A stretch of DNA of 64,000 nt from Candidatus Krumholzibacteriota bacterium (GCA_039714075.1 JBDLKA010000001.1:32001-96000); one strand, 5' to 3'. Shown: positions 31,003 through 42,349, numbered from the stretch's first letter. Translations and numbers: made by a program. Notes: a model not told the origin generated them from the sequence alone.

Positions 31003-32366
31003 TGGATCCGACCTCCGGACCGGCCGTCACCGTCGTGGGGGGCGGGCTGGCCGGTTGTGAAGCCGCGCTGCAGCTGGCCCGTTTCGGGATCCGCACACGA
31101 CTGGTCGAAATGCGGCCGGCGGTTCAGACGCCGGCCCACCGCAGCGACGGTCTGGCGGAAATCGTCTGCAGCAACTCCCTCAAAAGCACGGCTCCGGCCA
31201 CCGCTTCCGGTCTATTGAAGGAAGAACTGGATCTTTTTGGCTGCCGGCTGCTGGCCTGCGCCCGGCAGGCTGCGGTTCCCGCGGGCGCCGCCCTGGCGGT
31301 CGACCGGGAGGAATTCTCGAACCTGGTCGCGGCCAACCTCGCGGCCGAGCCCCTGGTCGAGGTTTCCCGCCAAGAAGTTTCCGAACTTCCCGAAACCGAC
31401 GGTCACCATTGGCTGGTGGCCACCGGACCTTTGACCAGTTCCGGCCTCATGGAGGAACTGGGAATAATCACCGGCCGACCCGCGCTCCATTTTTTCGACG
31501 CCATTGCGCCCACGGTCACCCTGGAATCCCTGGACCTGGAGCTTCTCTACCGGGCGGCCCGTTACGACCGGGGTGAGGCCGACTATCTCAACGCCGCCCT
31601 GGATGAGGCCGAATACGGGGAATTCCAGGCCGCTCTCGTAGCCGCCGAAAAGGCCGAAGTCCACGACTTCGACAAGGGCGAGTTGTTCGAGGGCTGCCAA
31701 CCCATCGAGGAAATCGCCTCTTCGGGTCCGAAATCCCTTTCCTTCGGGCCGCTCCGACCGGTCGGCCTGCATGATCCCCGCACCGGCCGCCGCCCGCATG
31801 CCGTGGTTCAGCTACGGCAGGAAAACCGGGAAGGGACGCTCTTCGGCCTGGTCGGGTTTCAGACCCGCCTCAAGTACGGCGAACAGAAGCGTGTCTTCCG
31901 GATGATCCCCGGGCTTCAGAACGCGGAATTCGTTCGTTATGGCCAACTGCACCGGAATTTCTATCTCGATACACCCCGTTGCTGCGCCCGGGATTTTTCC
32001 CTCCGCGGGCGGCCCGATGTCCTGGTCGCCGGACAGATCACCGGCGTGGAGGGGTACGTGGAATCCATGACCTCCGGTCTGTTCACGGCCTGGCAGCTGG
32101 CGGCCCGCCTGAAAGGGATCACGCTTCCGGGTCTTCCCCTTGAATCGTTGACCGGGTCGCTTTTGCGGGGATTCCTGTTCGACACGACCACCGACAGGCT
32201 GTCGCCCATGAACGTGAACTTCGGGATCATGCCCGATCTTCAGGCCAAGGTCCGCGGCAAACGGGAACGCAAGCTGGCCAAGGCCGAACGTGCGGTCAGC
32301 GCCCTGGCCACGTGGCTGACCGAGCCGGATGTCGCCCGACTTCTTGCCGCACCAGGGGATGAGTGA
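31002..32366 (+). CDS. trmFO: Folate/FAD-dependent tRNA m5U54 methyltransferase
   Basis: VVGGGLAGCEAA, EIVCSNSL, FFDAIAP, VQLRQEN, AGQITGVEGYVES; topA-trmFO-xerC-hslVU synteny. Confidence 0.95.
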   Translation: MDPTSGPAVTVVGGGLAGCEAALQLARFGIRTRLVEMRPAVQTPAHRSDGLAEIVCSNSLKSTAPATASGLLKEELDLFGCRLLACARQAAVPAGAALAVDREEFSNLVAANLAAEPLVEVSRQEVSELPETDGHHWLVATGPLTSSGLMEELGIITGRPALHFFDAIAPTVTLESLDLELLYRAARYDRGEADYLNAALDEAEYGEFQAALVAAEKAEVHDFDKGELFEGCQPIEEIASSGPKSLSFGPLRPVGLHDPRTGRRPHAVVQLRQENREGTLFGLVGFQTRLKYGEQKRVFRMIPGLQNAEFVRYGQLHRNFYLDTPRCCARDFSLRGRPDVLVAGQITGVEGYVESMTSGLFTAWQLAARLKGITLPGLPLESLTGSLLRGFLFDTTTDRLSPMNVNFGIMPDLQAKVRGKRERKLAKAERAVSALATWLTEPDVARLLAAPGDE

Positions 32367-32419
32367 TACATTCCCTTTTAACGGAAGCCGGCACCCGCAA
32401 CACGGATGTGGAGACGGTC

Positions 32420-33391
32420 ATGGCCGACAATCCCCTCGATCCCTATCTCGAATATCTGGCTCTCGAAAGGGGTATGAGCCCCCGGACCGTGGAGGCCTAC
32501 GGTCGCGATGTGGCGGGTTTTCTGACCACCGCAGTCGCTTTCGGTATTCTCGATTCCCCGCCCGACCGTTCCCAGTGGAGCAAGCTGGACGGACAGCGGG
32601 GTGTCATACGTGGTCATCTGGCGTTATTGCGCCGGCAGGAGCGCAGCCTGCGCACTTTGGACCGCCATCTGGCCGGCATACGGTCTTTTTACGGGTACCT
32701 TCAGACCACGGGAATTGTTGCTTCGGTTCCCGCCAACCTGACCGCGGGCAAAGGGGGAAGGGAAAAGCGCTTGCCGCGGGACCTCAACCTGGAAATGACG
32801 ACGCGGCTCATGGAACTGCCCGACGCGAACCACGAAAGGGGCCGGCGGGACCGGGCCCTGCTGGAAATGATCTACGGCCTGGGCCTGCGCCTGGCCGAAG
32901 TCGTGGGACTTGACCTGGGGGACATCGATTTCGACACCGGCCGGGTCAAGGTCCTGGGCAAGGGGAACCGGGAACGAATGATGCCCCTGGCCGGCTGTGC
33001 GGAACGGGCTTTGAGAGATTACCTTGAGCAAAGACTCGAACCGGCTGTATGGCAGGACCTTGCTGACGGCATTCTTCGCGGCCCGGACCGCGTTCGACCG
33101 GTGTTCGAGGGCCGCCGGGGGAGACGGATCGCCCGCCGCACCGTGCAGAGCCGGGTCGCAAAATACGCCACGGAACTGGCGGGACTGGCCGGTGTTTCCC
33201 CGCACACCCTGCGTCATTCCTTCGCCACGCATCTTTTGGACGGAGGCGCGGGCATCAGGGTGGTCCAGGAACTGTTGGGGCACCGCCATCTGTCGACCAC
33301 GCAGATATACACCCATTTGAGCCGGGGCAAGTTGCGTGACGGATTCACCGCGGCCCATCCCCGGGCCAAACGCGAATCCGGCGGCAAATAG
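32420..33391 (+). CDS. xerC: Tyrosine recombinase XerC (alternative start at 32363)
   Basis: [41 protein letters not shown]...TTQIYTH; lies upstream of hslV. Confidence 0.85.
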   Translation: MADNPLDPYLEYLALERGMSPRTVEAYGRDVAGFLTTAVAFGILDSPPDRSQWSKLDGQRGVIRGHLALLRRQERSLRTLDRHLAGIRSFYGYLQTTGIVASVPANLTAGKGGREKRLPRDLNLEMTTRLMELPDANHERGRRDRALLEMIYGLGLRLAEVVGLDLGDIDFDTGRVKVLGKGNRERMMPLAGCAERALRDYLEQRLEPAVWQDLADGILRGPDRVRPVFEGRRGRRIARRTVQSRVAKYATELAGLAGVSPHTLRHSFATHLLDGGAGIRVVQELLGHRHLSTTQIYTHLSRGKLRDGFTAAHPRAKRESGGK

Positions 33392-33444
33392 AAACAGGAC
33401 GAGCAGGAAACACAAACAGGGCCGCAGGGCCCGGGGAGTCATTC

Positions 33445-34014
33445 ATGAAGGTCAGATCAACCACGGTTCTGGCGGTTCTGCGCGACGGGCAGGGGGCCAT
33501 CGGCAGCGACGGGCAGGTCACGCTGGGCAACACGGCGGTCAAGCACGGCGCGGTCAAGGTCCGCAAACTTTTCTCCGGCCAGGTGCTGGTCGGTTTCGCC
33601 GGCGGCGCGGCCGACGCCTTCAGTCTTTTTGAAAAGTTCGAAGGCCACCTGGAGAGGTACCGCGGCCACCTGAAACGCGCCACGGTGGAACTGGCCCGCG
33701 AGTGGCGGCGGGACAAGATCCTGCGCAAGCTCGAGGCCATGATGGTCGTGATGGACAAGAAGGATATTTTCGTGGTGTCCGGCAACGGCGACATCATCGA
33801 AAGCGACGACAACCTGACGGCGATCGGTTCTGGGGGACCCTACGCCCTGGCGGCGGGTCGGGCCCTGCTGCAGAACACGGATCTGGGCGCGGTGGACATC
33901 TGCCGCAAATCCCTGCAGCTGGCCGGGGAAATCTGCATCTACACGAACACCAACATCACCCTGCTGGAACTGGACCCTGGAGAAGGTGACGAAATTGAAG
34001 ATCAAACAGATTGA
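33445..34014 (+). CDS. hslV: ATP-dependent protease peptidase subunit HslV
   Basis: [36 protein letters not shown]. Confidence 0.97.
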   Translation: MKVRSTTVLAVLRDGQGAIGSDGQVTLGNTAVKHGAVKVRKLFSGQVLVGFAGGAADAFSLFEKFEGHLERYRGHLKRATVELAREWRRDKILRKLEAMMVVMDKKDIFVVSGNGDIIESDDNLTAIGSGGPYALAAGRALLQNTDLGAVDICRKSLQLAGEICIYTNTNITLLELDPGEGDEIEDQTD

Positions 34015-35353
34015 ACATGCGGCCATGTGGACCTGCCCGGAAATCGTGGAGATGCTGGACCGCTACATCATCGGACAGAACGACGCCAAGAAGGCCGTGT
34101 CCATCGCCCTGCGCAACCGCTGGCGAAGGATGCAGCTTCCCGAGGAGATGCGGCGCGAAGTCGTGCCCAACAACATCATCCTCATCGGGCCGACCGGAGT
34201 GGGAAAGACCGAGATCGCGCGGCGTCTCACCCAGATCGCCGACCTGCCCTTCCTGAAGGTCGAAGCCACCAAATTCACCGAAAAGGGCTATGTGGGGCGC
34301 GACGTGGATTCCATGGTGCGCGACCTGGTGGAAAACGCCATCGCCCTGGTCCGCAAGCGCGCCGAGGGACGTTTTTCCGGGGAGATCGACCGCTCGGTTG
34401 AGGAGGGTCTGCTTGATATCCTTTTTCCGCCCCTGGCCGGCATGGAACAGGAACCGGACCGGGCCGCGCGCTGGGAGCGAAGCCGCGACAAGATCCGCAA
34501 ACAGCTGCATGACGGGGCGCTGGACGACAAGGAAGTGTCCATCACCAGCGAGCAGTCGAAAATGCCCATCGCCAACATCTTCACTTCGGCCGGCGAGGAG
34601 TTCGACGCCTCCTTCGGGGAAAGTCTCAAGAACCTTTTCCCCAAGCAGAAGACGGAAAAGAAAGTGTCCGTGGCGAAGGCCCGCCGCCTGCTGCACGAGC
34701 AGGAGGCCGAGAAGCGGCTGGACATGGACCAGATCGTCACCGAAGCGGTGGAACTGGTGGAAAACGGCGGCATCATCTTCCTGGACGAGATCGACAAGAT
34801 CGCCGGGGGCCACGGCCACGCCGGCGGGCCGGATGTTTCACGCGAGGGCGTACAGCGCGACCTGTTGCCCATTGTCGAAGGGGGGACCGTCAGCACCAAG
34901 TACGGACCCGTCAAGACCGACCATGTGCTGTTCCTGGCCGCGGGCGCCTTCCATATGAGCAAGCCCAGCGATCTCATACCCGAGTTGCAGGGGCGTTTCC
35001 CCATCCGCGTCGAACTGGACAGCCTGACCGAAGAGGATTTCGTCAAGATCCTGCGGGACACCGAAGGCTCCCTGATCCGGCAGTACACCGCCCTGCTGGA
35101 TGTGGACAGCTGTACCATCGAATTCACCGGCGATTCCCTGGAGGAAATCGCCCGGCTGGCCGCCGAACTGAACAAACGGCTGGAAAACATCGGCGCCCGG
35201 CGCCTGCAGACCATCATGGCCCAGCTCCTGGATGATCTGCTGTTCGAGGTCCCCGCCAAACAGATGGGCCCCGTCAAGGTGGACCGGGCCTTTGTCAGCG
35301 AGCGCTTGGCCGACATCATCAAGGACGAGGACCTTTCGCGCTACATTCTCTAA
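33986..35353 (+). CDS. hslU: ATP-dependent protease ATPase subunit HslU (start uncertain)
   Basis: [55 protein letters not shown]. Confidence 0.97.
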   Translation: MTKLKIKQIEHAAMWTCPEIVEMLDRYIIGQNDAKKAVSIALRNRWRRMQLPEEMRREVVPNNIILIGPTGVGKTEIARRLTQIADLPFLKVEATKFTEKGYVGRDVDSMVRDLVENAIALVRKRAEGRFSGEIDRSVEEGLLDILFPPLAGMEQEPDRAARWERSRDKIRKQLHDGALDDKEVSITSEQSKMPIANIFTSAGEEFDASFGESLKNLFPKQKTEKKVSVAKARRLLHEQEAEKRLDMDQIVTEAVELVENGGIIFLDEIDKIAGGHGHAGGPDVSREGVQRDLLPIVEGGTVSTKYGPVKTDHVLFLAAGAFHMSKPSDLIPELQGRFPIRVELDSLTEEDFVKILRDTEGSLIRQYTALLDVDSCTIEFTGDSLEEIARLAAELNKRLENIGARRLQTIMAQLLDDLLFEVPAKQMGPVKVDRAFVSERLADIIKDEDLSRYIL

Positions 35354-35436
35354 ATGGTGGACTCACGGGGCGGATCGGCTATTTTTAGCGGGCGCAAAGA
35401 CCCCGTGACCTTAACCAACCGCTGGAGGTTAGAGCC

Positions 35437-36351
35437 TTGGCCGACAAGAAGGATTTTCTCGCCATCGACGATTACAGCACCGAAGACCTCAGGGCCATCC
35501 TGACCCTGGCGCGCGAGCAGAAACCCCTGGCGCGCGAGCATCGCCTGCCGCACACCCACCCCAACCGGATCCTGGCCTGCGTGTTCGCCAAGCCCAGCCT
35601 GCGGACCCGGGTCAGCTTCGAGGTGGGTTTCCGGCAGCTCGGCGGGGAAACCCTGTTCATCACCGACAAGGAAATCGGGATGGGCACCCGCGAATCCGTT
35701 TACGACGTGGCCAAGGTCATGAGCCGTTTCTGCGACGGCATCATGATCCGCTGGTTCGATCACCAGGAAGTGGTGGACCTCGCCAAACACGCCACCGTGC
35801 CGGTGGTCAACGGGCTGACCGACCTGTCCCATCCCTGCCAGGTCATGGCCGACATCATGACGGTCGAAGAGCACCTCGGCAGCATCGACGGCAAGACCGT
35901 CGTCATGGTCGGCGACGGGAACAACCTGGCCAACAGCTGGCTCAACGCGGCCATCAGGTTCCCCTTCAACTTCATCCTGGCCTGTCCCGAGGGTTACCTG
36001 CCGGACGAAGGCGTCATGCAGAAAGCCGAAGCCGCCGGCGCGTCCTTCATGATCACCCACGACGCCCGCGAGGCCGTCGAGGGAGCCCATGTCATCTACA
36101 GCGACGCCTTCTACAGCATGGGCCAGGAAGAGGAGGCCGTGAAGCGTCGCAAGGATTTCGCGCCCTTCCAGATCACCGGCCCACTGCTGGAAGCCGCCCA
36201 CAAGGAACACATCGTCCTGCATTGCCTGCCCGCGCACCGCGGGGAGGAGATCACCGACGAGGTCATGGACGGGCCCCATTCCGCTGTCTTCGATGAAGCA
36301 GAGAACAGGATGCACGCACAGCGCGCCATCCTGGCCACCCTCGTTCGGTAG
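35437..36351 (+). CDS. argF: Ornithine carbamoyltransferase
   Basis: KPSLRTRVSF, HPCQ, GDGNN, SMG loop, HCLPAHRGEE, AENRMH. Confidence 0.93.
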   Translation: MADKKDFLAIDDYSTEDLRAILTLAREQKPLAREHRLPHTHPNRILACVFAKPSLRTRVSFEVGFRQLGGETLFITDKEIGMGTRESVYDVAKVMSRFCDGIMIRWFDHQEVVDLAKHATVPVVNGLTDLSHPCQVMADIMTVEEHLGSIDGKTVVMVGDGNNLANSWLNAAIRFPFNFILACPEGYLPDEGVMQKAEAAGASFMITHDAREAVEGAHVIYSDAFYSMGQEEEAVKRRKDFAPFQITGPLLEAAHKEHIVLHCLPAHRGEEITDEVMDGPHSAVFDEAENRMHAQRAILATLVR

Positions 36352-36389
36352 GAGATTTCATCAGGGATCGATCCGGCATTTCATCCAGG

Positions 36390-37649
36390 TTGTTCGGGCC
36401 CCGGCAGGTTGTCGGGCTGGCCTTGTTCGCCAGCCTGGTGCTCGCCGCGGCCTGCGCCGTCGTGGAGCCGCCGCCCGGAGGTCCCATCGACATGACCCCG
36501 CCCCATCTGGCGGCCATGGATCCCGATTCGGGCGCCACCGGCCTGGCCGAATTGAAGACCATCCGCCTGACCTTTTCCGAAAAGATGGACCGGACTTCCG
36601 CCGTCACCTGGCTGCACTTCTTCCCCGACCAGCGCATCCGGCAGACCAAATGGCACGGCGCCACCGAAGCGGAAGTGATCCTGGAAGACCCCCTGCCGCC
36701 GGACACCGTTTTCGTGGTGGAAGTTGCCGCCGACATGAGGGACGCCCACAAGGTCAAGGGGAGGAAAAGCAGGCGGTTCCCCATCGCCACCGGGGATTCG
36801 ATACCCGGCGGCGCCATTCACGGCGTGCTCATCATGGCCGACTCGGCCGTCACCAACGGCGTGGTGGAGCTCTACGACATTCCCCCGGACACCCTGGAGT
36901 ATTTCCAGCAGCCGCTGTTGCGCCGCACCGCCACAGATGAAAACGGGACCTACCGCTTCGATTGGCTACCCGTTCCCGGCGGTCCCTGGCTGGTCCGGGC
37001 CTTCGCCGATCCGGACATCAATCTTCGCCCCGGCGACAAGGAGGCCCAGAGGCTGCTTCCCGACACTCTGCGGCTGAGCAACGACAACCCCCTGGCTTCT
37101 CCGGGCGTGACCACCCTGTATGCCTGGAACACCCCCGGCCGCCTGCTGGTCGGACCTTTCGACACGCCTCTTCACGGGGATGATATTTTTGCCTGGACCC
37201 TGTCCATTTCCGAAGAGGACACCGGCTGGGTGCCCGCTCCCGAAGACGGTTCGAGCAATCCCATCTTCCCGCTGGATCCGGCCGCCGGTGGGGTCATCGG
37301 CGAGGTCAAACCCGGTCTGTCCCGGGCCATCCTGTTCGTGGACATGGATGGCGACTCCACCTTCAGCGGTATCCCGGACTCCCTGCTGGCTTTCCTGCCC
37401 GATTCCCTGCGAGTCGTCCCCGTCGACACGGTCGCGGCTGCGGAACCGGACACAACCGGGATGGGAACCTGGTATCTGGAACCCTGGCTCATGGTCGAAG
37501 GGCTCACCGTGGAACCCGGCCTGGACAGCGAGCTGGAGGTTCCGGTTCTTCCCTATTACCTCACACCCTGGACTCCGCCGGAGCCCGAACCCGCTGCCGC
37601 CGACAGTGTGGAAGCCGACGTTACCGGCACGCCGAAGGAGGGGGAATGA
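36390..37649 (+). CDS. Lipoprotein with a Big_5 (bacterial Ig-like) domain
   Basis: Lipobox LAAAC followed by AVVEPPPGGPIDMTPP and IRLTFSE; DxDxD motifs. Confidence 0.75.
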   Translation: MFGPRQVVGLALFASLVLAAACAVVEPPPGGPIDMTPPHLAAMDPDSGATGLAELKTIRLTFSEKMDRTSAVTWLHFFPDQRIRQTKWHGATEAEVILEDPLPPDTVFVVEVAADMRDAHKVKGRKSRRFPIATGDSIPGGAIHGVLIMADSAVTNGVVELYDIPPDTLEYFQQPLLRRTATDENGTYRFDWLPVPGGPWLVRAFADPDINLRPGDKEAQRLLPDTLRLSNDNPLASPGVTTLYAWNTPGRLLVGPFDTPLHGDDIFAWTLSISEEDTGWVPAPEDGSSNPIFPLDPAAGGVIGEVKPGLSRAILFVDMDGDSTFSGIPDSLLAFLPDSLRVVPVDTVAAAEPDTTGMGTWYLEPWLMVEGLTVEPGLDSELEVPVLPYYLTPWTPPEPEPAAADSVEADVTGTPKEGE

Positions 37650-38464
37650 TTCACCGGATCCCTTTCAGCAAAATGCACGGCGCGGGCAACGATTTCATCA
37701 TGATCGACCAGCGTGACCTCGGCGCCGTTCCCTTGGGTGATGAATTTATCGCCTCGTTGTGCGACAGGCGCAAAGGCGTGGGCGCTGACGGGCTGATCAT
37801 CATCGGACCTGGATCCACCCCGGGTGCGGCCTTCCGCATGACCTACTTCAACGCCGACGGCGGCGAAGCGGAAATGTGCGGCAACGGGGCGCGCTGCAGT
37901 GTAAGTTTCGCCCGGCAGATCGGTCTGATCGAGGATAATGCCGCTTTCGACACCGCCGCCGGTCTCCTGCAGGGCATCTGGCACGGGCACGAGGACGTCG
38001 AAGTCACTCTGACCTCCTGGCAGGACCTGAAGTTGGACCTGGAACTCGGGGAGACTCCCTGGCCCGCCCATCATTCCTGCAACACGGGCGTTCCCCACGT
38101 CATCATTCCCGTTGATGATGTCGAGGACATCCCGGTCCAGGAGTGGGGCGCGCAGCTTCGCCACCACGAGTTGTTTGCACCCCGGGGCACCAATGTGAAC
38201 TGGGTGGCCGCGGCGGCGGGTACGGACCATTTCCTGATCCGCACCTACGAACGCGGCGTGGAGGCCGAAACCCTGGCCTGCGGGACTGGCGCCTCGGCCA
38301 CGGCGGTGGTACTGTGCCGACTGGGCCTGGCCCACAGCCCGGTCACCTTGTGGACCCGGGGTGGGGACCGGCTGATCGTCAGTGTTGACCTGGAGAATAA
38401 TTCGCTGCGCCTGCGCGGGCCGGCGGTGACCAGTTTTCAGGGAGAGGTCTTGATCGATGAGTAA
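37646..38464 (+). CDS. dapF: Diaminopimelate epimerase
   Basis: KMHGAGNDF, GVGADG, EMCGNGARC, NTGVPH, ERGVEAETLACGTGA. Confidence 0.97.
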   Translation: MIHRIPFSKMHGAGNDFIMIDQRDLGAVPLGDEFIASLCDRRKGVGADGLIIIGPGSTPGAAFRMTYFNADGGEAEMCGNGARCSVSFARQIGLIEDNAAFDTAAGLLQGIWHGHEDVEVTLTSWQDLKLDLELGETPWPAHHSCNTGVPHVIIPVDDVEDIPVQEWGAQLRHHELFAPRGTNVNWVAAAAGTDHFLIRTYERGVEAETLACGTGASATAVVLCRLGLAHSPVTLWTRGGDRLIVSVDLENNSLRLRGPAVTSFQGEVLIDE

Positions 38465-39374
38465 CAAAACCTGGAACATGCCGGACGGCGTCTACACGGC
38501 CCTGGTTTCGCCTTTCACCAAAGGCAGGTTCGACCAGAAGGCCTGGCGGGTCCTCGTCCAGCGGCAGATCGATGCGGGCGTGGCCGGAATCGTTCCCGCG
38601 GGATGCACCGGCGAAGCCGCGACGTTGACCCTCGAGGAACGGGAGTGGATGATCCGCACCGCGGTCGAAATGTGCGCGGGCAAATGCGCCGTCGTGGCGG
38701 GATCCGGTTCCAACTCCACCGAACTGACCGTCGAAATGACGCGCAAGGTCAAGGAGTGGGGGGCCGACGCGGCCATGCTTATCTCCCCCTACTACAACAA
38801 GCCCCAGCAGCACGGCCTGCTGGCCCACTATCGCACCGTGGCCAGGGGTGTCGACATTCCCATCGTTCTGTACAACGTTCCCGGACGCACGGCGGTCAAC
38901 ATCCTGCCCGAAACGGCGGCCCAGCTGGGCGCCGAACCCAACATCGTCGCCCTCAAGGAAGCCAGCGGCAGCCTGCCGCAGATCGAAGAGGCCATCGGTC
39001 GCTGCGACCTGAAGGTCTATTCCGGTGACGACGGCCTGAATTTCCAGATTTTCGGACTGGGCGGCCGGGGCGCCATCAGCGTGGTCAGCAACCTTCTGCC
39101 CGGAGCCATGGTCCGCCTGTGGCAAGCCTGGGCCAAGGGCGACATCAACCAGGCCTGGCCCATGAGCCGCGCTTTCGATCCGGTCACCACCGCCTGCTTT
39201 GTCGAAAGCAATCCGGTGCCCGTCAAGGAGCTCCTGTCCATGGCCGACCTGTGTCAGCGCGACACCCGCTTGCCGCTGGTTCCCGTCAGTGAAAAGAGCC
39301 TGACCTACCTGGTCCAGTTCTTCGAGGGGACCCTGAAGGATCTGATGGACCGCGACCTGGCGGGTGAGGCGTGA
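38457..39374 (+). CDS. dapA: 4-hydroxy-tetrahydrodipicolinate synthase
   Basis: GCTGE, PYYNKP, LYNVPGRT, LKEASG, SGDD, ESNPVPVK. Confidence 0.96.
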   Translation: MSNKTWNMPDGVYTALVSPFTKGRFDQKAWRVLVQRQIDAGVAGIVPAGCTGEAATLTLEEREWMIRTAVEMCAGKCAVVAGSGSNSTELTVEMTRKVKEWGADAAMLISPYYNKPQQHGLLAHYRTVARGVDIPIVLYNVPGRTAVNILPETAAQLGAEPNIVALKEASGSLPQIEEAIGRCDLKVYSGDDGLNFQIFGLGGRGAISVVSNLLPGAMVRLWQAWAKGDINQAWPMSRAFDPVTTACFVESNPVPVKELLSMADLCQRDTRLPLVPVSEKSLTYLVQFFEGTLKDLMDRDLAGEA

Positions 39375-40126
39375 TTCCCGTCGCCGTCCACGGCGCCGAG
39401 GGACGCATGGGGCTTCTGATCACCGAACTGGTATCACAGGCCGATGACATGGATCTTGTCGGTCTGGTCAGTGAACCCGGCAAGGGCAAGGGGCCGGGCG
39501 ATTTCCATCCGGAGCTGTCTTTGACCGGTCAGGACGGGATGGCGAACGTCCTTCCTTCCGGTTGCGTGATCATCGACTTTTCCCTGGCCAACGCATTGGA
39601 TGGCCTCCTTGACCAGGGTCGGAAACTCGGGGCGCCCCTCGTGGTCGGCACAACCGGTTTTTCGGAAGAGCAACAGGAAAAGCTCACGGCCTACGCCGGT
39701 GATTTCCCCGTGGTTCAGGCCGCCAATTTCAGCGTGGGGATTCCCGCCCTGCAGATGCTCCTTCAGCTTCTGGCCCGGACCCTGCCCCAGGGGTTCGACG
39801 CCGAGCAGGTCGAGACGCATCACATCACCAAACTGGACAAGCCCAGCGGCACGGCCAGGACCCTGGCCCAGACCTACCAGGGGTTACGGGGCGGGTCTGA
39901 AGTGCCGACGCATTCCCAGAGGCTGGGAGGCGTCATCGGCGAACACACCTGGACCTTCAGCGACCAGGAGGAGACCCTGGTGCTGACCCATCGGGCCCAT
40001 TCGCGACAGGCTTTCCTGCGCGGCATCCTGCCCGCGGCGCGCTTTGCCGCCAGTCCGGCGGCGGCACGTGAAAAAGGTCTGTTCGGGTTGGTGGATGTGC
40101 TGAAAAAAATGGCCGCTCCGGCTTGA
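39371..40126 (+). CDS. dapB: 4-hydroxy-tetrahydrodipicolinate reductase
   Basis: GAEGRMG, IDFS, VGTTG, ANFSVG, ETHHITKLDKPSGTA, GEH. Confidence 0.93.
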   Translation: MIPVAVHGAEGRMGLLITELVSQADDMDLVGLVSEPGKGKGPGDFHPELSLTGQDGMANVLPSGCVIIDFSLANALDGLLDQGRKLGAPLVVGTTGFSEEQQEKLTAYAGDFPVVQAANFSVGIPALQMLLQLLARTLPQGFDAEQVETHHITKLDKPSGTARTLAQTYQGLRGGSEVPTHSQRLGGVIGEHTWTFSDQEETLVLTHRAHSRQAFLRGILPAARFAASPAAAREKGLFGLVDVLKKMAAPA

Positions 40127-40154
40127 ACCGGACCGGCCACGAGGCGGGATAACC

Positions 40155-40412
40155 CTACTTGGCGGCAGCCGCTGCCATCCGGCTCTTGAGCCTGGCGGCG
40201 CGTTTCTTGGGCATGAGCCCCTTGCGGGCCTGCGTATCGATCAGGCTGTACATGCTGGTCAGTGAGGCGGCCTTGTCCTCGGCGCCGGCCTTTTCGATCT
40301 CCGAGCGATAGGTCTTGATCCGGGCGCGCATCATGGCCCGGTTCTGCCGGTTCCGCTCGTTGCGTTTCTTGTTGGTGATCAGCCGCTTCTTGCAACTTTT
40401 ATTATGGGGCAC
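40155..40412 (-). CDS. rpsT: 30S ribosomal protein S20
   Basis: PHNKSCKKRLITNKKRNERNR...AARLKSRM; GTG start with a GGAGG RBS. Confidence 0.93.
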   Translation of the reverse strand: MPHNKSCKKRLITNKKRNERNRQNRAMMRARIKTYRSEIEKAGAEDKAASLTSMYSLIDTQARKGLMPKKRAARLKSRMAAAAAK

Positions 40413-40446
40413 TTTCAAACCTCCGTTAAAGACTTACAGGCGGGGC

Positions 40447-40475
40447 AATTTAACAGGACAATACAGGCATGTCAA
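40447..40475 (-). promoter_or_regulatory. Sigma70 promoter for rpsT
   Basis: Minus strand reads TTGACA-N17-TAAATT with an extended -10 TG. Confidence 0.75.
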
Positions 40476-42349
40476 GGGAACCGAAGTCCAAATCCACACC
40501 TGAAAAGCAGCCTCCGGCTCCCGAGGGACGGCTCAGGGCCAAGCTGAAACTGCTGCCCGAGGCCCCGGGAGTCTATCTCCACAAGAATAAACAGGGCCGG
40601 GTCATATACGTCGGCAAGGCCGGAAAGCTGAATCAGCGGGTCCGTTCGTATTTTCATGCCGGCGGGGACAAGGACGCCAAAACAGAGATCCTGGTCAGCA
40701 AAATCAAGGATTTCGACTATATCGTCACCGATACGGCCACCGACGCCCTGGTCCTGGAAAACCAGCTCATCAAGGAATACCGGCCCCTCTACAATGTCCG
40801 TCTGAAGGACGACAAGCAGTATCCCTACCTGCGGATCACCCTCAACGAACCCTATCCCCGGGTCGGTGTCGTTAGGCGTATTGCCCGGGACGGGGCCCGC
40901 TATTTCGGCCCTTTCACCGATGTGGGAGCCATGCGGGAGACCCTGAAATTCGCGGCCGGAGCGTTTCAGATCCGCACCTGCCACCTTGATCTGCCCGGGC
41001 AGACGGTCGAAAGGGCCTGCCTGGACTACCAGATCGGCCGGTGCAGCGCTCCCTGCGTGGACTATGACAGCCAGGACGACTACCGGGCCAAGGTCAGGCG
41101 GATGGTTCGCTTCCTGTCCGGGGCGGAAAAGGAGGTCATCGAGGAATTGAGGGCCGAAATGGAGGCTCATTCCACCGGCCTGCGCTTCGAGGCGGCGGCC
41201 CGGTTGCGGGATCTCATCGCCAAACTGGACCGCACCACCAGCCGCAGCCGTCCGGTGGCCGGCATCCGGGGCGATTGCGACCTGATCGGCCTGGCCCGGG
41301 AAGGGCAGGATGCTTCCGGGGTGATTTTCCGGGTGCGTGGGGGGCATATCCTGACCACCCATCATTTTCTCCTGGCCGACAAACTGGACCAGGGTCTGGA
41401 CGTCTTCATGGCCCAGCTTCTGCGCGAGTACTATCCACGGGCAGGTGACATCCCCAAGGACATCCTGCTTTCCCACGCGGTGGACCAGCCGGACGCCTGG
41501 GGGGAATGGCTGGCCGGACTCAGGGACGGTAAAGTGACCCTGCGGGTTCCGGTCCGGGGGGCCAAAAAGGAGGCCGTCGAGTTGGCCCGGACCAACGCGG
41601 CCTTCAAGCTCCGTGAGGTCAACCTGCGCCGGGCCCTGACCGCGACCCACCAGGTCACTCCGGGTGACATCCAACTCCAGGAAGCCCTGGACCTGCACTC
41701 GGTGCCCGAGACCATCGAATGCTTCGACATCTCCAATTTCCAGGGCAAGGAAACGGTGGCCTCCCTGGTCTACTTCAAGGGCGGCCGGCCCCTGAAAAGC
41801 CGCTACCGCAGGTTTCGCATCAAGACGGTCGAGGGCGTGGACGATTTCGCCAGCATGAAAGAGGTTCTGACCCGTTACTACGGCCGCCTGGTGGAAAAGG
41901 AATTGGATCCCGCCCACCTGGTCGTCGTTGACGGTGGGGCGGGACAGCTGGGCGTAGCCCGCGAGGTCCTGGCCCAATACGGGTTTCATGAAACCCAGCT
42001 GATCGGCCTTGCCAAGAGGGAGGAAACCATCCACCGCGAGGGCGGTACCCTGAATCTGTCGCGAGGCAGCGAAGCCCTCAAGCTGCTGCAGCGCGTCCGG
42101 GATGAAGCCCACCGTTTCGCCATCACCTATCACCGGTTGCTGCGCGACCGGAACACGACGGCCAGCGAACTGGATCTCATTCCCGGCATCGGGCGGATCA
42201 AGAAACTTTCCCTGCTGCACCATTTCGGTTCCGTGGCCCGAATCCGGAACGCCGGTGCCGAGGCTTTGGCCGAAGTGCGGGGTATCAACCGCCACGACGT
42301 GGTGGCCATCCGGGAATTTTTCGCCAAAAGATCGGAGCCGGAAACATGA
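40469..42349 (+). CDS. uvrC: Excinuclease ABC subunit C
   Basis: GIY-YIG domain (PGVY...IYVGKA), YFGPF, IECFDIS, VDGG.GQ, RDEAHRFA, HhH motif IPGIG. Confidence 0.97.
   Translation: MSREPKSKSTPEKQPPAPEGRLRAKLKLLPEAPGVYLHKNKQGRVIYVGKAGKLNQRVRSYFHAGGDKDAKTEILVSKIKDFDYIVTDTATDALVLENQLIKEYRPLYNVRLKDDKQYPYLRITLNEPYPRVGVVRRIARDGARYFGPFTDVGAMRETLKFAAGAFQIRTCHLDLPGQTVERACLDYQIGRCSAPCVDYDSQDDYRAKVRRMVRFLSGAEKEVIEELRAEMEAHSTGLRFEAAARLRDLIAKLDRTTSRSRPVAGIRGDCDLIGLAREGQDASGVIFRVRGGHILTTHHFLLADKLDQGLDVFMAQLLREYYPRAGDIPKDILLSHAVDQPDAWGEWLAGLRDGKVTLRVPVRGAKKEAVELARTNAAFKLREVNLRRALTATHQVTPGDIQLQEALDLHSVPETIECFDISNFQGKETVASLVYFKGGRPLKSRYRRFRIKTVEGVDDFASMKEVLTRYYGRLVEKELDPAHLVVVDGGAGQLGVAREVLAQYGFHETQLIGLAKREETIHREGGTLNLSRGSEALKLLQRVRDEAHRFAITYHRLLRDRNTTASELDLIPGIGRIKKLSLLHHFGSVARIRNAGAEALAEVRGINRHDVVAIREFFAKRSEPET

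Noticed and set aside
35437..36351. SLRT motif suggesting an N-succinyl- or N-acetylornithine transcarbamylase
   Set aside because: The SMG ornithine-binding loop and HCLPAHRG are typical of ordinary ornithine carbamoyltransferase.
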